This document shows positions 16,906 to 25,760 of a stretch of DNA of 52,892 bases, in pieces. The notes below the pieces were generated by a model, which worked only from the letters and a program-made list of their open reading frames with translations, was not told where the DNA came from and searched no databases. Every line of letters starts with the position of its first letter. The stretch's first letter is position 1. A program made the translations under genes and the position numbers. This DNA comes from a virus (Duplodnaviria > Caudoviricetes), in IMG/VR virus record IMGVR_UViG_3300003937_000378, positions 1-52,892 of that record; one strand, given 5' to 3'.

Positions 16906-17227
16906 CTTTCTTCCCCGTGTATCGATAGAAGCCGGCGATGCGCGCCTCCCACATGGGGGAGCCAAGTCGCTCAATGCGACTGGTGCGGCCCAGCTCCACG
17001 TGCAGGAAATCGCCGCTACCCATGCATACGCCGACATGCCAGGGCCTGCCTGCGCTGTTGAACACGACCACGTCGAAGCGCTCCGGCATCTCGACCTCGG
17101 CCCAGCCAGTTGCATCAGCCGGTGCGGACACATCGGGCATGGGGATGCCCTGCTCGGCCAGCACCATGCGGGCGAACTCGCGGCAGAACTTCTCGCCCTT
17201 GTACGGGATGCCGATCCACTTCCTCAT
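16898..17227 (-). CDS. NlpC/P60-like tail assembly protein (gpK-like)
   Basis: WIGIPY..C...HVGVCMGSGDFLH...GFYRY. Confidence 0.85.
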   Translation of the reverse strand: MRKWIGIPYKGEKFCREFARMVLAEQGIPMPDVSAPADATGWAEVEMPERFDVVVFNSAGRPWHVGVCMGSGDFLHVELGRTSRIERLGSPMWEARIAGFYRYTGKKDE

Positions 17228-17703
17228 ACGAACAGACCGGGCGAGTTGGACGGCGTGTAGGTCTGTGCGGGCACGCCTTGGTTGAGGAAGTCTTCCTGGT
17301 AGCCGATCTGCACACCCAGTTCCATGATGTCGAAGTCCACCTGCAGCACGGAGAAGTTGAACGGCCCCATCTCCACCACGCTGGGCTGGCTCGCCAGCAC
17401 GGCTTCCAGCCGCACCTGCGGGCGCGGCCCCTGCAGCGCCTTGATCTGCCTGGTGATGTCGCGGTCGACGTTGTCGATGCGCAGGGAGACGTTCGGCGTC
17501 GCGTCGTCCGTGTCGTCGGGGAACGATGCTTCGAACGGGTACGGCTGCCAGACGGTATTTCCCCGTGCCACGGGCTCGGTGTTGTTGACGATCCGGATCG
17601 TCTGCAGATCCGGATGGGTGATGGTGAGCAGGCACAGCCAGGTTTCGGCCGTGTCCTCGGCCAGAATCGATCTGGCGGCAGCGGCTGAGAGGACGCGTGG
17701 CAT
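17224..17703 (-). CDS. tail tip protein (DUF1833 / gpL-like)
   Basis: LLTITHPDL..IRIVNN...IDNVDR...P..TYTP...PGLF. Confidence 0.85.
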   Translation of the reverse strand: MPRVLSAAAARSILAEDTAETWLCLLTITHPDLQTIRIVNNTEPVARGNTVWQPYPFEASFPDDTDDATPNVSLRIDNVDRDITRQIKALQGPRPQVRLEAVLASQPSVVEMGPFNFSVLQVDFDIMELGVQIGYQEDFLNQGVPAQTYTPSNSPGLFV

Positions 17704-18119
17704 CAGGTTGTCGGCCAGTTGTTGGTGTCGTGAATGTCGAGCAGGAACTGCCCCTCAACGCTGGCGACGATCAGCAGGCTCAGTTCCGCCCGCCACATGT
17801 CCTGCCATTTGACGTAGCTGGGTCGCGCCGTGAACTTGTAGATGGCCCGGCTCTGCCCCGCGCCAGACCACCGCCAGTCCCACCAGTAGAACGGGAGCAC
17901 GCGGCGGGCGCTGATGGTGTAGAAGTCCAGCAACGTCTTCAGCTGCGCCGGCTCCAAGTAGAGCCGGCACTTGAACGCTTCGAGAGAGCTGGTCCGGACC
18001 GGGCGCGTCTTCGTCCCCGCCCCCATGGTCGATCGCATGACGTCCTCACCGTGTGGCGCGTAGTCCAGGCTCTCGTTCTCGGGGTCGGGGATGCTCGATG
18101 GCATGTAGAGATCAACCAC
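17703..18119 (-). CDS. distal tail protein (gpM-like)
   Basis: Follows the tape measure gene; RSTMGAGTKTR...F.WWD; GTG start overlaps the TMP stop. Confidence 0.75.
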   Translation of the reverse strand: MVDLYMPSSIPDPENESLDYAPHGEDVMRSTMGAGTKTRPVRTSSLEAFKCRLYLEPAQLKTLLDFYTISARRVLPFYWWDWRWSGAGQSRAIYKFTARPSYVKWQDMWRAELSLLIVASVEGQFLLDIHDTNNWPTT

Positions 18120-20907
18120 CTCGGTTCCCCCTGTAGGCAAGCCCGTATCGGCTGCGGAAGTCGTTGTCGAACGATCCGCCACGGATTTCGCCACGGATCA
18201 GATCGCGCAGGGACGCCCTGATATCGAGGTCACCTGAAGAGCCAACCTCTGCCTGGACCCCATTGGAGTCGCTCTTCACGCCGTCGATATAGACGTTGAC
18301 GTCCCCACGGGACATACCCATGGCGGCAGCGCGCGGCGCACCCACCACGCCACCATTCGCATACCCGCGCAGGCCAAGGCGCATCGCCTCCACGATTCCG
18401 ACACCGCCCGCGCGCGCGATGTCGGCCTGCGACCAGACAACCTCGCCGGCATGCACGATGCCGCGCGGGTCGTGCTTGGCGCCGTCGCCGGTGTAGCCGC
18501 CGTCGGCCTTGCCGTTCCGCTGAAGACGCTGGAACAGGTCGTTGTTGATGGAGGAGGTGCCTTGGGTGACAGCGGCGTTGCCGGCGGTGTTGATGGAGCC
18601 GGACTGCGCCGCGAAGGAGCCGCTGATCCAGTTGCCGATGCCCACGATCGCCTGCTTGATCTGGATCCGGGACAGGTCGGCCAGCACCGACTTCGTCAGG
18701 TCCGAGAAGCTCAGCTTGCCGGTTTCGGTAAACCGCACCCAGGCGTCCTCGAATCCACCGATGACGGTGGTGACCGTATCGCCCATCTGCCGGGCGTAGT
18801 TCCCGGCTTCCTGCTGGTAGTTGGCCCATGCCGCGCTGGCACCGGCCAGCCAGTTGCCCTCGGCTTGGCGCAGATCCTCGTAGCCATCTTTGATCAGTTG
18901 CAGGCGGTCGAGTGTCTTGGCCATCAAAGTGGCCCGCTCAGCTTCAAAGGTCTCCTGATCCACCTGGCCAGCATTCAACTGCAGCTGCAGCTCACGGAGC
19001 TTGTCGGCCTGGTCTGCGTATGCGTCGTTGATGCGCTGCTGGATTTCATACTCACGATCACCCATACCCACTCGCTGGGCTTGGGTGGCGAGCTGACGCT
19101 GCAGCGCCTGATTGCTCGCGTCCAGTGCATTCGCGTAGGCGGCGATGACGTTGGTCCTCGCCCGCATCGCCGCCGCCTCTTCCGTCGAGAGAACCTGCAG
19201 CGCGCTTGCACCCTCGGTTCGAATCTTCGTCAGCCGCGCTTCGATCTCACCGATCTGGCGATTTACACCGATGGCTTCCTTGCCAGCGACAGACTGCCGT
19301 TGGAGATAGGCCAACTGCTGTTCCAGCGACTTTGCCTGTGCATCCGTGTTCCTTTGCACCAGTTCACGCATGCGGCTGTAGTACTCAGCTGCCGTAATCT
19401 CACGCGCCGAGAATTGTGCGCGCAGCAGCTGCGTGCTGGCGGTGATTTGGGCCTGTTCGGCCACCAGGTCGTCTTTGTAACCTTGCAGCCCAGCTGCGCG
19501 CGTTACAGATCCTGTGCCGCCGCCAGTTTTCTTCTTCTCGGCATACTTCTTCTCGATCGCGGCGACAGCAGCAGCACGCCGTTCCTCGATCTTCTTCACA
19601 TCTTCGATCAAGCCAGCGGCTTCGGCCTGGCGTCGGACCTTCTCCGCCTCCCCATTGATCCGAGAGATCTCGTCCTTCTTCTTTTGCTCTTTGCTCGCCT
19701 GAGATTCGGCGATGGCATCGGCGCGCTGCAGGAAATCAACGCTCGCATCTTCTGCGGCTTTCACCTCCGCGTCTTTACGCTCCTTGATCAGGTCGGTGGC
19801 CAGCGCCTTGATCTTGTCCGACCGGTCCTTGATCGACTTCTCCATCGCCGCCAAGGCGATGGGATTCCTTGCCAGCGGCAGGCCGCGCTGATCACCGGAT
19901 GCCAGGGCGTTCAGCTTTGCCAGCTCGCGCTGATTCTCCGCCAGAAGGTGCTGCATCTGCGCCGCGGCCGGCCCGAGGCCAACGCTCGCCTGCATCGCTG
20001 ACCATGCACGGGTCGCTTCCACCCACAGATCCTTGAAGCCACTGATCACCGGGTTCTGGCTGGCGCGAACCTTTGCCAGGGCCATCACCGTTTCATCGGA
20101 AGCAGCGCGGGTGATCACCGTCACTGCATCCTGGTTGCGCCCCTGCTCCTGCAACGCCTTGACCTGCTCGTACAGAGCCACTGTCATGAAGTTGACCTGC
20201 TCGTTAAGCTTCTCCGCGCCCTTGACCGGATCCTCTGCCAGCTTCGCGTAGAGGGCGATGGTGTCTTCCAGCGCCTTCCCGCTGACCTCCCTCATGGCCA
20301 CAGCCGCGTTGGCCACGGCCTGCAGGTTCTGCGCGGCGATCTTGCCGTTGGACCCGACCTCCTGCGCCGCCTCGGCGCCAGCACCGGCAGACACCTGCAG
20401 CGCGTCACTGGTCTTCCTGGCCATATCGACAAGTGTCAGCGTCGTCGCGGCCGCCTCATTGCGGGACAGCACCAGGGCCTTCGTGTAGGCCTGCGCCTGC
20501 TGCTCTGCGTCGTACCACGCGAACACCACCAGGCCTACGGCCGCAGCGGCAACCGTATAGGGGTTGACCATGTCCAGCAGTGCCGTCGAAACGCCTTTCA
20601 GTGCCGGCGCCACGCCGCCAAAGCTGTCCTTGATCTGGCCGCCCTGCTGCACCAGCACGGTGAAGAACGGCATGCCGCCCTGCAGACTGGTGAAAATATC
20701 GGTGAACTGAGCAGGCAGTTGCCGCATCGCCTGCGCGGTCTGGCCGGCCGAGATGCCCAGATCACTGATGTTGTTCTTCGTCGGCAGCGGGCGAGCAGCC
20801 TCGGTGCGCACCTCGCGCAGCTGGCGGGTGAGCACGCCCAGGCCCTGCCGGATGTCGGCCAGGTCCGCACTGATACGGACGCGCAGATTCGCTGAAGGCT
20901 CAGCCAT
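18112..20907 (-). CDS. tail tape measure protein (lambda gpH family)
   Basis: LPAQFTDIFTSLQGG...QQGGQIKD, long Ala/Gln-rich helical region, GGYTGDG..G.VHAGE. Confidence 0.95.
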   Translation of the reverse strand: MAEPSANLRVRISADLADIRQGLGVLTRQLREVRTEAARPLPTKNNISDLGISAGQTAQAMRQLPAQFTDIFTSLQGGMPFFTVLVQQGGQIKDSFGGVAPALKGVSTALLDMVNPYTVAAAAVGLVVFAWYDAEQQAQAYTKALVLSRNEAAATTLTLVDMARKTSDALQVSAGAGAEAAQEVGSNGKIAAQNLQAVANAAVAMREVSGKALEDTIALYAKLAEDPVKGAEKLNEQVNFMTVALYEQVKALQEQGRNQDAVTVITRAASDETVMALAKVRASQNPVISGFKDLWVEATRAWSAMQASVGLGPAAAQMQHLLAENQRELAKLNALASGDQRGLPLARNPIALAAMEKSIKDRSDKIKALATDLIKERKDAEVKAAEDASVDFLQRADAIAESQASKEQKKKDEISRINGEAEKVRRQAEAAGLIEDVKKIEERRAAAVAAIEKKYAEKKKTGGGTGSVTRAAGLQGYKDDLVAEQAQITASTQLLRAQFSAREITAAEYYSRMRELVQRNTDAQAKSLEQQLAYLQRQSVAGKEAIGVNRQIGEIEARLTKIRTEGASALQVLSTEEAAAMRARTNVIAAYANALDASNQALQRQLATQAQRVGMGDREYEIQQRINDAYADQADKLRELQLQLNAGQVDQETFEAERATLMAKTLDRLQLIKDGYEDLRQAEGNWLAGASAAWANYQQEAGNYARQMGDTVTTVIGGFEDAWVRFTETGKLSFSDLTKSVLADLSRIQIKQAIVGIGNWISGSFAAQSGSINTAGNAAVTQGTSSINNDLFQRLQRNGKADGGYTGDGAKHDPRGIVHAGEVVWSQADIARAGGVGIVEAMRLGLRGYANGGVVGAPRAAAMGMSRGDVNVYIDGVKSDSNGVQAEVGSSGDLDIRASLRDLIRGEIRGGSFDNDFRSRYGLAYRGNRGG

Positions 20908-21226
20908 GGGTCGTGGTTCCTTGTTTCTGCGGCGCAGGGGCCTTGCCGCTCAGTTCGGCCTGGTACGCCTGCCATTCGCTCTGCTCGGCCCACATCGCCG
21001 TTCGGATGGCGTTGGCTGTGTGGGCAAGGTGCGCACGCTCGCGCTCGCGCTCGTCGTGGGCTGCAGCGACGGTGAAGCCCCTGATCTGCGCCAGGGTGTA
21101 CGTCATGACCTCGGCCCTGCTGTGGCCTCGGGCGATCAGGTACTGGGCGAGGTCGGCGAGCCCGAGCTCTCTTCCGCCGGCGGCTTGGCCTGCATCAGCA
21201 GGTTCCGCAGGCGATGGGCGAAAAAA
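20900..21226 (-). CDS. gpT-like frameshift extension of the tail assembly chaperone
   Basis: -1 frame ORF (QYLIARGH...YTLAQIRGF) entered at slippery T TTT TTC 21220-21226. Confidence 0.75.
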   Translation of the reverse strand, partial: FFRPSPAEPADAGQAAGGRELGLADLAQYLIARGHSRAEVMTYTLAQIRGFTVAAAHDERERERAHLAHTANAIRTAMWAEQSEWQAYQAELSGKAPAPQKQGTTTHG

Positions 21227-21606
21227 TCCCGGTTCAGGCCCACCACGGCCGACAGCAGGTCCACGATCTCGTCCAGGGTGCCGCCGCCGATCCATGCCGC
21301 CTTCAGGCTCAGGGCCTCATCCAAGCCCGAGCCCGGAATCCACTCCGGTTCGGGGCAGATGGCCACCGCCAGTGCCGAGGCAAGCTCGGCACTGTCCTGC
21401 TCCAGCAGGTCCAGCAGGATCGCGCCGGTTGCGCCGGCCGGGGCATCCTCGACAGCGCCGACCATCATCGCCACGCGGCCGATGACGGTGCGGCTGGCCG
21501 TGATGAACGGACCGATCTGCTGCAGGCGGAGGGGCGTTACACGCACTGCCTCGCCACGGAATGGCACCGTGACCGACGGCGGGGTAATCACGTCCAGATC
21601 CGCCAT
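21136..21606 (-). CDS. tail assembly chaperone (gpG-like)
   Basis: Between major tail and TMP; LNRDFF motif. Confidence 0.85.
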   Translation of the reverse strand: MADLDVITPPSVTVPFRGEAVRVTPLRLQQIGPFITASRTVIGRVAMMVGAVEDAPAGATGAILLDLLEQDSAELASALAVAICPEPEWIPGSGLDEALSLKAAWIGGGTLDEIVDLLSAVVGLNRDFFAHRLRNLLMQAKPPAEESSGSPTSPST

Positions 21607-21609
21607 GGC

Positions 21610-22365
21610 TTACTTCTCCTGCTGCCAGTAGAAGTAGGCCGACTTGTCCGAGCCGGTGGCCTTGGCGGCGTCCTTCACGAGCTTGCCCGGCACGCTGCCG
21701 GCGCCGTACTCGTTGCCGATCAGGCCCATGTTCTCGATGACGCCGCCGGACACCTTGTGCGCCACCATGCGCACCAGCTTGCCGCCACGGGCCTCGTTGG
21801 CGCCGTAGAACTGCATCTCGTAGAACTGCTGCGAGGTGACAGCAGCCTCGACGTGGCCCAGGTCCGCGTTCTTGTAGGTGACCTTGACGTTGGCCGCGCC
21901 TGCAGTCGTCGGTGCCGCGATGGCCGAGCCGGCCGGGATGAACAGCATGCCGCGCTCGAAGCGGTAGTCCTTCCCAGCCACGTAGGTATCGGTGCCGGTG
22001 ACCGGCTTCACCGAGGTGATTTCGCTGGCCAGGCGCGACAGCGGGGAGAAGCGCTCTGGCGTTGCCACCACCAGCTCGTCGGTGACCGTGCCGGCGGCGA
22101 TGGTGCTGGCCTTGCCACGGGTGGCGCGCGCGAAGTTCTCGGCGTTGAAGTCGTGGAAGGTGTAGTTGAGGTTGTAGCCGGTGACGCGATCGACGCTGTT
22201 GGCCGTGCCGCCGCCCGGGTTCTGGCTGTCGGCCAGTTCGAGGGTGGTGGTCTGGGGCGCGACGGTGTAGGCGGAAACGTTGCCGACCTCGAGGAAGGGT
22301 TCGTTGCTATTCCACTTGCGAATCAGGACGATGCCGCTGCCCAGGTAGCTGTAATCTTCGGCCAT
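21610..22365 (-). CDS. major tail tube protein
   Basis: YSYLGSG..., EVGNVS, position in operon, strongly biased codon usage. Confidence 0.85.
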   Translation of the reverse strand: MAEDYSYLGSGIVLIRKWNSNEPFLEVGNVSAYTVAPQTTTLELADSQNPGGGTANSVDRVTGYNLNYTFHDFNAENFARATRGKASTIAAGTVTDELVVATPERFSPLSRLASEITSVKPVTGTDTYVAGKDYRFERGMLFIPAGSAIAAPTTAGAANVKVTYKNADLGHVEAAVTSQQFYEMQFYGANEARGGKLVRMVAHKVSGGVIENMGLIGNEYGAGSVPGKLVKDAAKATGSDKSAYFYWQQEK

Positions 22366-22401
22366 GGTGGCTCTCCAGTTGGGTTGCCGCTGTGCGGCGG
22401 G

Positions 22402-22857
22402 TTATTTCTTGGGGATGTAGGACTGGTAGGTGAGCAGCGCGCCCACCCAGCCGGCGCTGGCCTTCTCCGGCATCAGGGGCTCCATGCCGACGTACACCGG
22501 CACAGAGATGCCGTCAGGGAAGTTCCGGGCCGTCTCGCGGCTGTCCAAGGCCGCCTCGATGTCGGTCACCAGGTCGTCCAGCGCCTGCTGGTACGCATCG
22601 GTGTTGGAGGGAACCTTGGCGATGACGCTGACCGTGGTCAGCCGGTGCGTGTGGACCTTCGACGGGCTCTCCGCCCGCTGCTGCTTCTCGATCACGGCCG
22701 TCAGCACGACCTGGGTGTCCTGGTCTCCCGGCGCGGGCTCCAGCGTCCAGCCCTCGCCGGCGTTGGTCAGGTAGCCGTTGTCGGTATTGATCAGCTGCAG
22801 CGTCTTGCCCATGGCCAGCAGCAACTGCTTCCGTGGGCTGGGGGTGAGATCAGACAT
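22402..22857 (-). CDS. tail terminator protein (gpU-like)
   Basis: I...NGYLTNAG, LDDLVTDIEAAL; position before the tail tube gene. Confidence 0.75.
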   Translation of the reverse strand: MSDLTPSPRKQLLLAMGKTLQLINTDNGYLTNAGEGWTLEPAPGDQDTQVVLTAVIEKQQRAESPSKVHTHRLTTVSVIAKVPSNTDAYQQALDDLVTDIEAALDSRETARNFPDGISVPVYVGMEPLMPEKASAGWVGALLTYQSYIPKK

Positions 22858-23182
22858 CGGCCACCTCCCACACCGCCGTTGACTCGTCGCCGCGGATCTT
22901 CTCCACCAGCTTCAGCTGGCGACCGGTGCCGTCGATGCGCACCACGCCGCCTGCGCGAGGGGTAACCTCGGCCAGCTGCAGCGTGATCTTGATGATTCTG
23001 GTTGCAACAGGTGCCACGTCGTCCGGTGTGAACGGCTCGACTGTTTCGTCCAGCAGCACCGTGCACGGCACTTCATCCGTGCTGGCCGATCCCTTGTAGT
23101 GGGCAGCATCGGCGACGCCGGCTGCACGGAAGGCCCCGAACGCGGCTGCGTCGAAGGCCTGCATGAAAGCTCTCTGGTTCAA
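22850..23182 (-). CDS. head-tail joining protein (gpFII-like)
   Basis: 110-aa beta-rich protein in the connector position. Confidence 0.7.
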   Translation of the reverse strand: MNQRAFMQAFDAAAFGAFRAAGVADAAHYKGSASTDEVPCTVLLDETVEPFTPDDVAPVATRIIKITLQLAEVTPRAGGVVRIDGTGRQLKLVEKIRGDESTAVWEVADV

Positions 23183-23937
23183 GGCAGCGGCCTCGCGGTT
23201 TCCATGGCCTTCTCCAGCTCGCGCTTCAGGAAGAACGGCATCAGCCGCTTCCAGGTGTCCTCGGCCATGCCGAAGATGTCGTAGCGCGGCGTGTAGGCGG
23301 CCGTGGTGGTGAAGATGAAGATGGATCGGACACCGGATCCGCGTCCGATCCGCTCATAGATGCCCGGGCGCAGCACGCCGCGGCGCTTGGTGATCACGAA
23401 GTACTCGCCATCACGGTTGTTGCGTTTGCCCCGCCGCCGCTTCCGGCTGACGCTGGTCTCGTTCTGGTAGCCGTCCCGCTGGGCGCCCAGCTGGGACAGG
23501 ATCTTGGTGACCTGGCCGGCCGGCACGTTGCCGAACTGGTTTGCCTGGGCGCCGCGGCCCATCACCGCAAACTGCGTCGGCGACAGCAGACCTCGGCTCT
23601 GCAGCAACCGCTCGAAGCCCTTCCGGCGACGCTGACCACCATCCACCTCGGCCAGCAGGTACTTGGCCGGCGGCGTGCCCTTGAAGGCCTCGTCGCGGAT
23701 GAAGATCTCGGCGTACGGCTGATCCTTGGTGGCCTTGCGGTACATGGCCGCGTTGACCGTGAGCGGCGTCGGGCGGTCGAACACCTTCGGTGCCTGGCGC
23801 TTCCAGCGCTCGCGGATTTCGTAGGCCACCTTGTTGGCGGCTTGCGCTGCGGCGTATGGAAGCTGTGACTGCTCCAGCTCGTTCAGCTGCCGCCCGAACG
23901 CGTTGTCGGGGTCGACCCCGATCCTGATCTGGGCCAT
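23179..23937 (-). CDS. tail completion protein (gpZ-like)
   Basis: QLPYAAAQAAN, FDRPTP.T, very basic. Confidence 0.75.
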   Translation of the reverse strand: MAQIRIGVDPDNAFGRQLNELEQSQLPYAAAQAANKVAYEIRERWKRQAPKVFDRPTPLTVNAAMYRKATKDQPYAEIFIRDEAFKGTPPAKYLLAEVDGGQRRRKGFERLLQSRGLLSPTQFAVMGRGAQANQFGNVPAGQVTKILSQLGAQRDGYQNETSVSRKRRRGKRNNRDGEYFVITKRRGVLRPGIYERIGRGSGVRSIFIFTTTAAYTPRYDIFGMAEDTWKRLMPFFLKRELEKAMETARPLP

Positions 23938-23982
23938 ACAACCTCCTGCCCGGCCCGCCGAAGCGGGCCAGGCACTGCTGGC

Positions 23983-24984
23983 TTACTTCGCGCCGGCCTT
24001 CAGGCGGATCACCGCATCCGGTCGGGTGTTGATGTTCAGCGGGTTGGACTGGCTTTCCAGCTGGATGCCCTTGTCCATGCGCATCTTCGCGGTCTTGGTG
24101 TAGTACGGCAGGCCGATACCGCGCACCGTCTCCAGGTAGTCCGCCGGCGCGAAGCGGGTCAGGAACATGTCGGGCACACCCAGCGGGAACGCGATCGCTT
24201 CACCGTCGGCCAGTGCCAGGTCACCGCCGGTGTTGCCCTGCAGCTCTTCGAAGGTGATATCGCCGAACACGAAGCCCTTGCGGACGTCATCGCGCAGCGC
24301 TGCACCGTCCTGCCAGCGCTCGTAGGCCTTCTGCACTTCCGGGTGGTCGGTCAGGGCATCGAAGAAGCCGGCGCTGCAGAACACGTGGATGCCGGTGTAC
24401 GGGACGCCGCCGAGCTTGTCCTCGATCGCGCGCTTGATGGCCATGCACTTGGCGCGGACCTTGGTGGCGTCCTTGTTCAGCTCCATGCCGATGACGGACT
24501 GGTCGACACCGAATTCTTCGTAGAAGTCGATGATCACCGAGCCGTCGGCATCGAGCAGCTTGCCCTGCAGCGCGCCCATCCGGTGGTACTCGATGGTGTA
24601 GTCCAGGTCGCGCTTGTGCACCACCTGCAGCGCGTTGACCACGGCGGCGACGTTGTTGCCTTCCGGGTCGGCCGGGTCATAGACACCCAGCAGCTGGTCA
24701 GCCATGACCGTCGAGTTCTGCGGCAGGTGGGTGGTTTCCAGCAGCTTCACCTTGCCGCGCTCCAGGCCCTTGGGCTGGCCGGGCGCACCACGCGGGACAT
24801 TCGGGACCAGCACCAGCTTGGTGCCGTTGATACCCACCTTGACGATGGTGGTGCCGACCAGGCCCTGTTCCTGGAACAGGCGCATGTCGGCCAGCCGGGT
24901 GGAGATGCGCGGCAGGTTGTTGATATAGGCGTTCAGGGCATCGAAGCTCAGCACGCCCAGCGCCAGAAGAATCTGCAGATCCAT
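23983..24984 (-). CDS. major capsid protein (lambda gpE family)
   Basis: TIEYHRMGALQGKLLDADG, FAPADYLETV...GLPYY, QSNPL. Confidence 0.93.
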   Translation of the reverse strand: MDLQILLALGVLSFDALNAYINNLPRISTRLADMRLFQEQGLVGTTIVKVGINGTKLVLVPNVPRGAPGQPKGLERGKVKLLETTHLPQNSTVMADQLLGVYDPADPEGNNVAAVVNALQVVHKRDLDYTIEYHRMGALQGKLLDADGSVIIDFYEEFGVDQSVIGMELNKDATKVRAKCMAIKRAIEDKLGGVPYTGIHVFCSAGFFDALTDHPEVQKAYERWQDGAALRDDVRKGFVFGDITFEELQGNTGGDLALADGEAIAFPLGVPDMFLTRFAPADYLETVRGIGLPYYTKTAKMRMDKGIQLESQSNPLNINTRPDAVIRLKAGAK

Positions 24985-25012
24985 GGTGTTGTCTCTCTCG
25001 AAAGGGGATACG

Positions 25013-25036
25013 AAAAGGCCCCGCCGAAGCGGGGCC
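25013..25036 (-). terminator. terminator-like hairpin between the decoration and capsid genes
   Basis: GGCCCCGC-TTCG-GCGGGGCC-TTTT. Confidence 0.7.
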
Positions 25037-25071
25037 AAGGGTCAACAAGTGAAAGGGGTGCCGCTCGGCTG

Positions 25072-25758
25072 TCAGCCGCCGGCGGCGGCGATGGTGATGG
25101 TGTCGGTGGTCGCTTCGTCCAGGTCGGCCGCGGTCACCTTGAGGGTGTAGTCGCCCGCGGCGCTCAGCGTCGCGGCATCCCAGGTGATCACGCCGCCCAC
25201 AGCGGCCTTCGCGCCGCCGCCGGTCAGGGTGCCGGTGCCAGTGGCCTTGGCCAGGGTGGCGCTGACGGTACTGCCGGTGACCAGGGCGCCGAAGACGTCC
25301 TTGACGTGCGCCACGATCGGGCCCAGCGCCACACCGGCGGTGCCGGTCAGCGGCGCGGACACGAACACCAGGTGATCGGCAGCGTTCGATGCGATCGGCT
25401 GCTGCGTCCAGCGGGTGATGATGCCGGACTCGGCCAGGCTCAGCGCGGCCAGCAGCTTCTGGTCAGCGGTGACGCCGCTGGCCCAGCCCAGCTTCTCGCC
25501 GAACACTTCGGCATCGCGCGCGATCGCCGCGCCCTTGACGGCCAGCGCCGCGGCATCGGTGCCGGTGTCGATCGGGCCATACAGCACCTTCACCGCGTCG
25601 GTGCCGTTGGCAGCGACGGTGTTGTCTGCCTTGAGCAGGGTGCCGGCGGACAGCATGCCCTGCCCGGCCGGCAGACGGATCAGTTCGCGGCTGCGCTCGC
25701 CGCCCGCTTCGGACAGCAGGAATTCGCCGGTACGGGTGCCGGCCAGGGAGATTTCCAT
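25072..25758 (-). CDS. head decoration protein (gpD-like) with C-terminal Ig-like extension
   Basis: EFLLSEAGGERSRE..ARDAEV..GIITR then ~110 aa Thr/Ala/Gly beta domain (AGDYTLKVTA). Confidence 0.85.
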   Translation of the reverse strand: MEISLAGTRTGEFLLSEAGGERSRELIRLPAGQGMLSAGTLLKADNTVAANGTDAVKVLYGPIDTGTDAAALAVKGAAIARDAEVFGEKLGWASGVTADQKLLAALSLAESGIITRWTQQPIASNAADHLVFVSAPLTGTAGVALGPIVAHVKDVFGALVTGSTVSATLAKATGTGTLTGGGAKAAVGGVITWDAATLSAAGDYTLKVTAADLDEATTDTITIAAAGG

Positions 25759-25760
25759 CG

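Noticed and set aside
18451-20001. Long + strand ORFs opposite structural genes (also 14413-15852, 21214-22965, 24343-25782, 25773-27320, 27034-28794, 36385-38298)
   Set aside because: Antisense shadows of high-GC coding genes with no motifs
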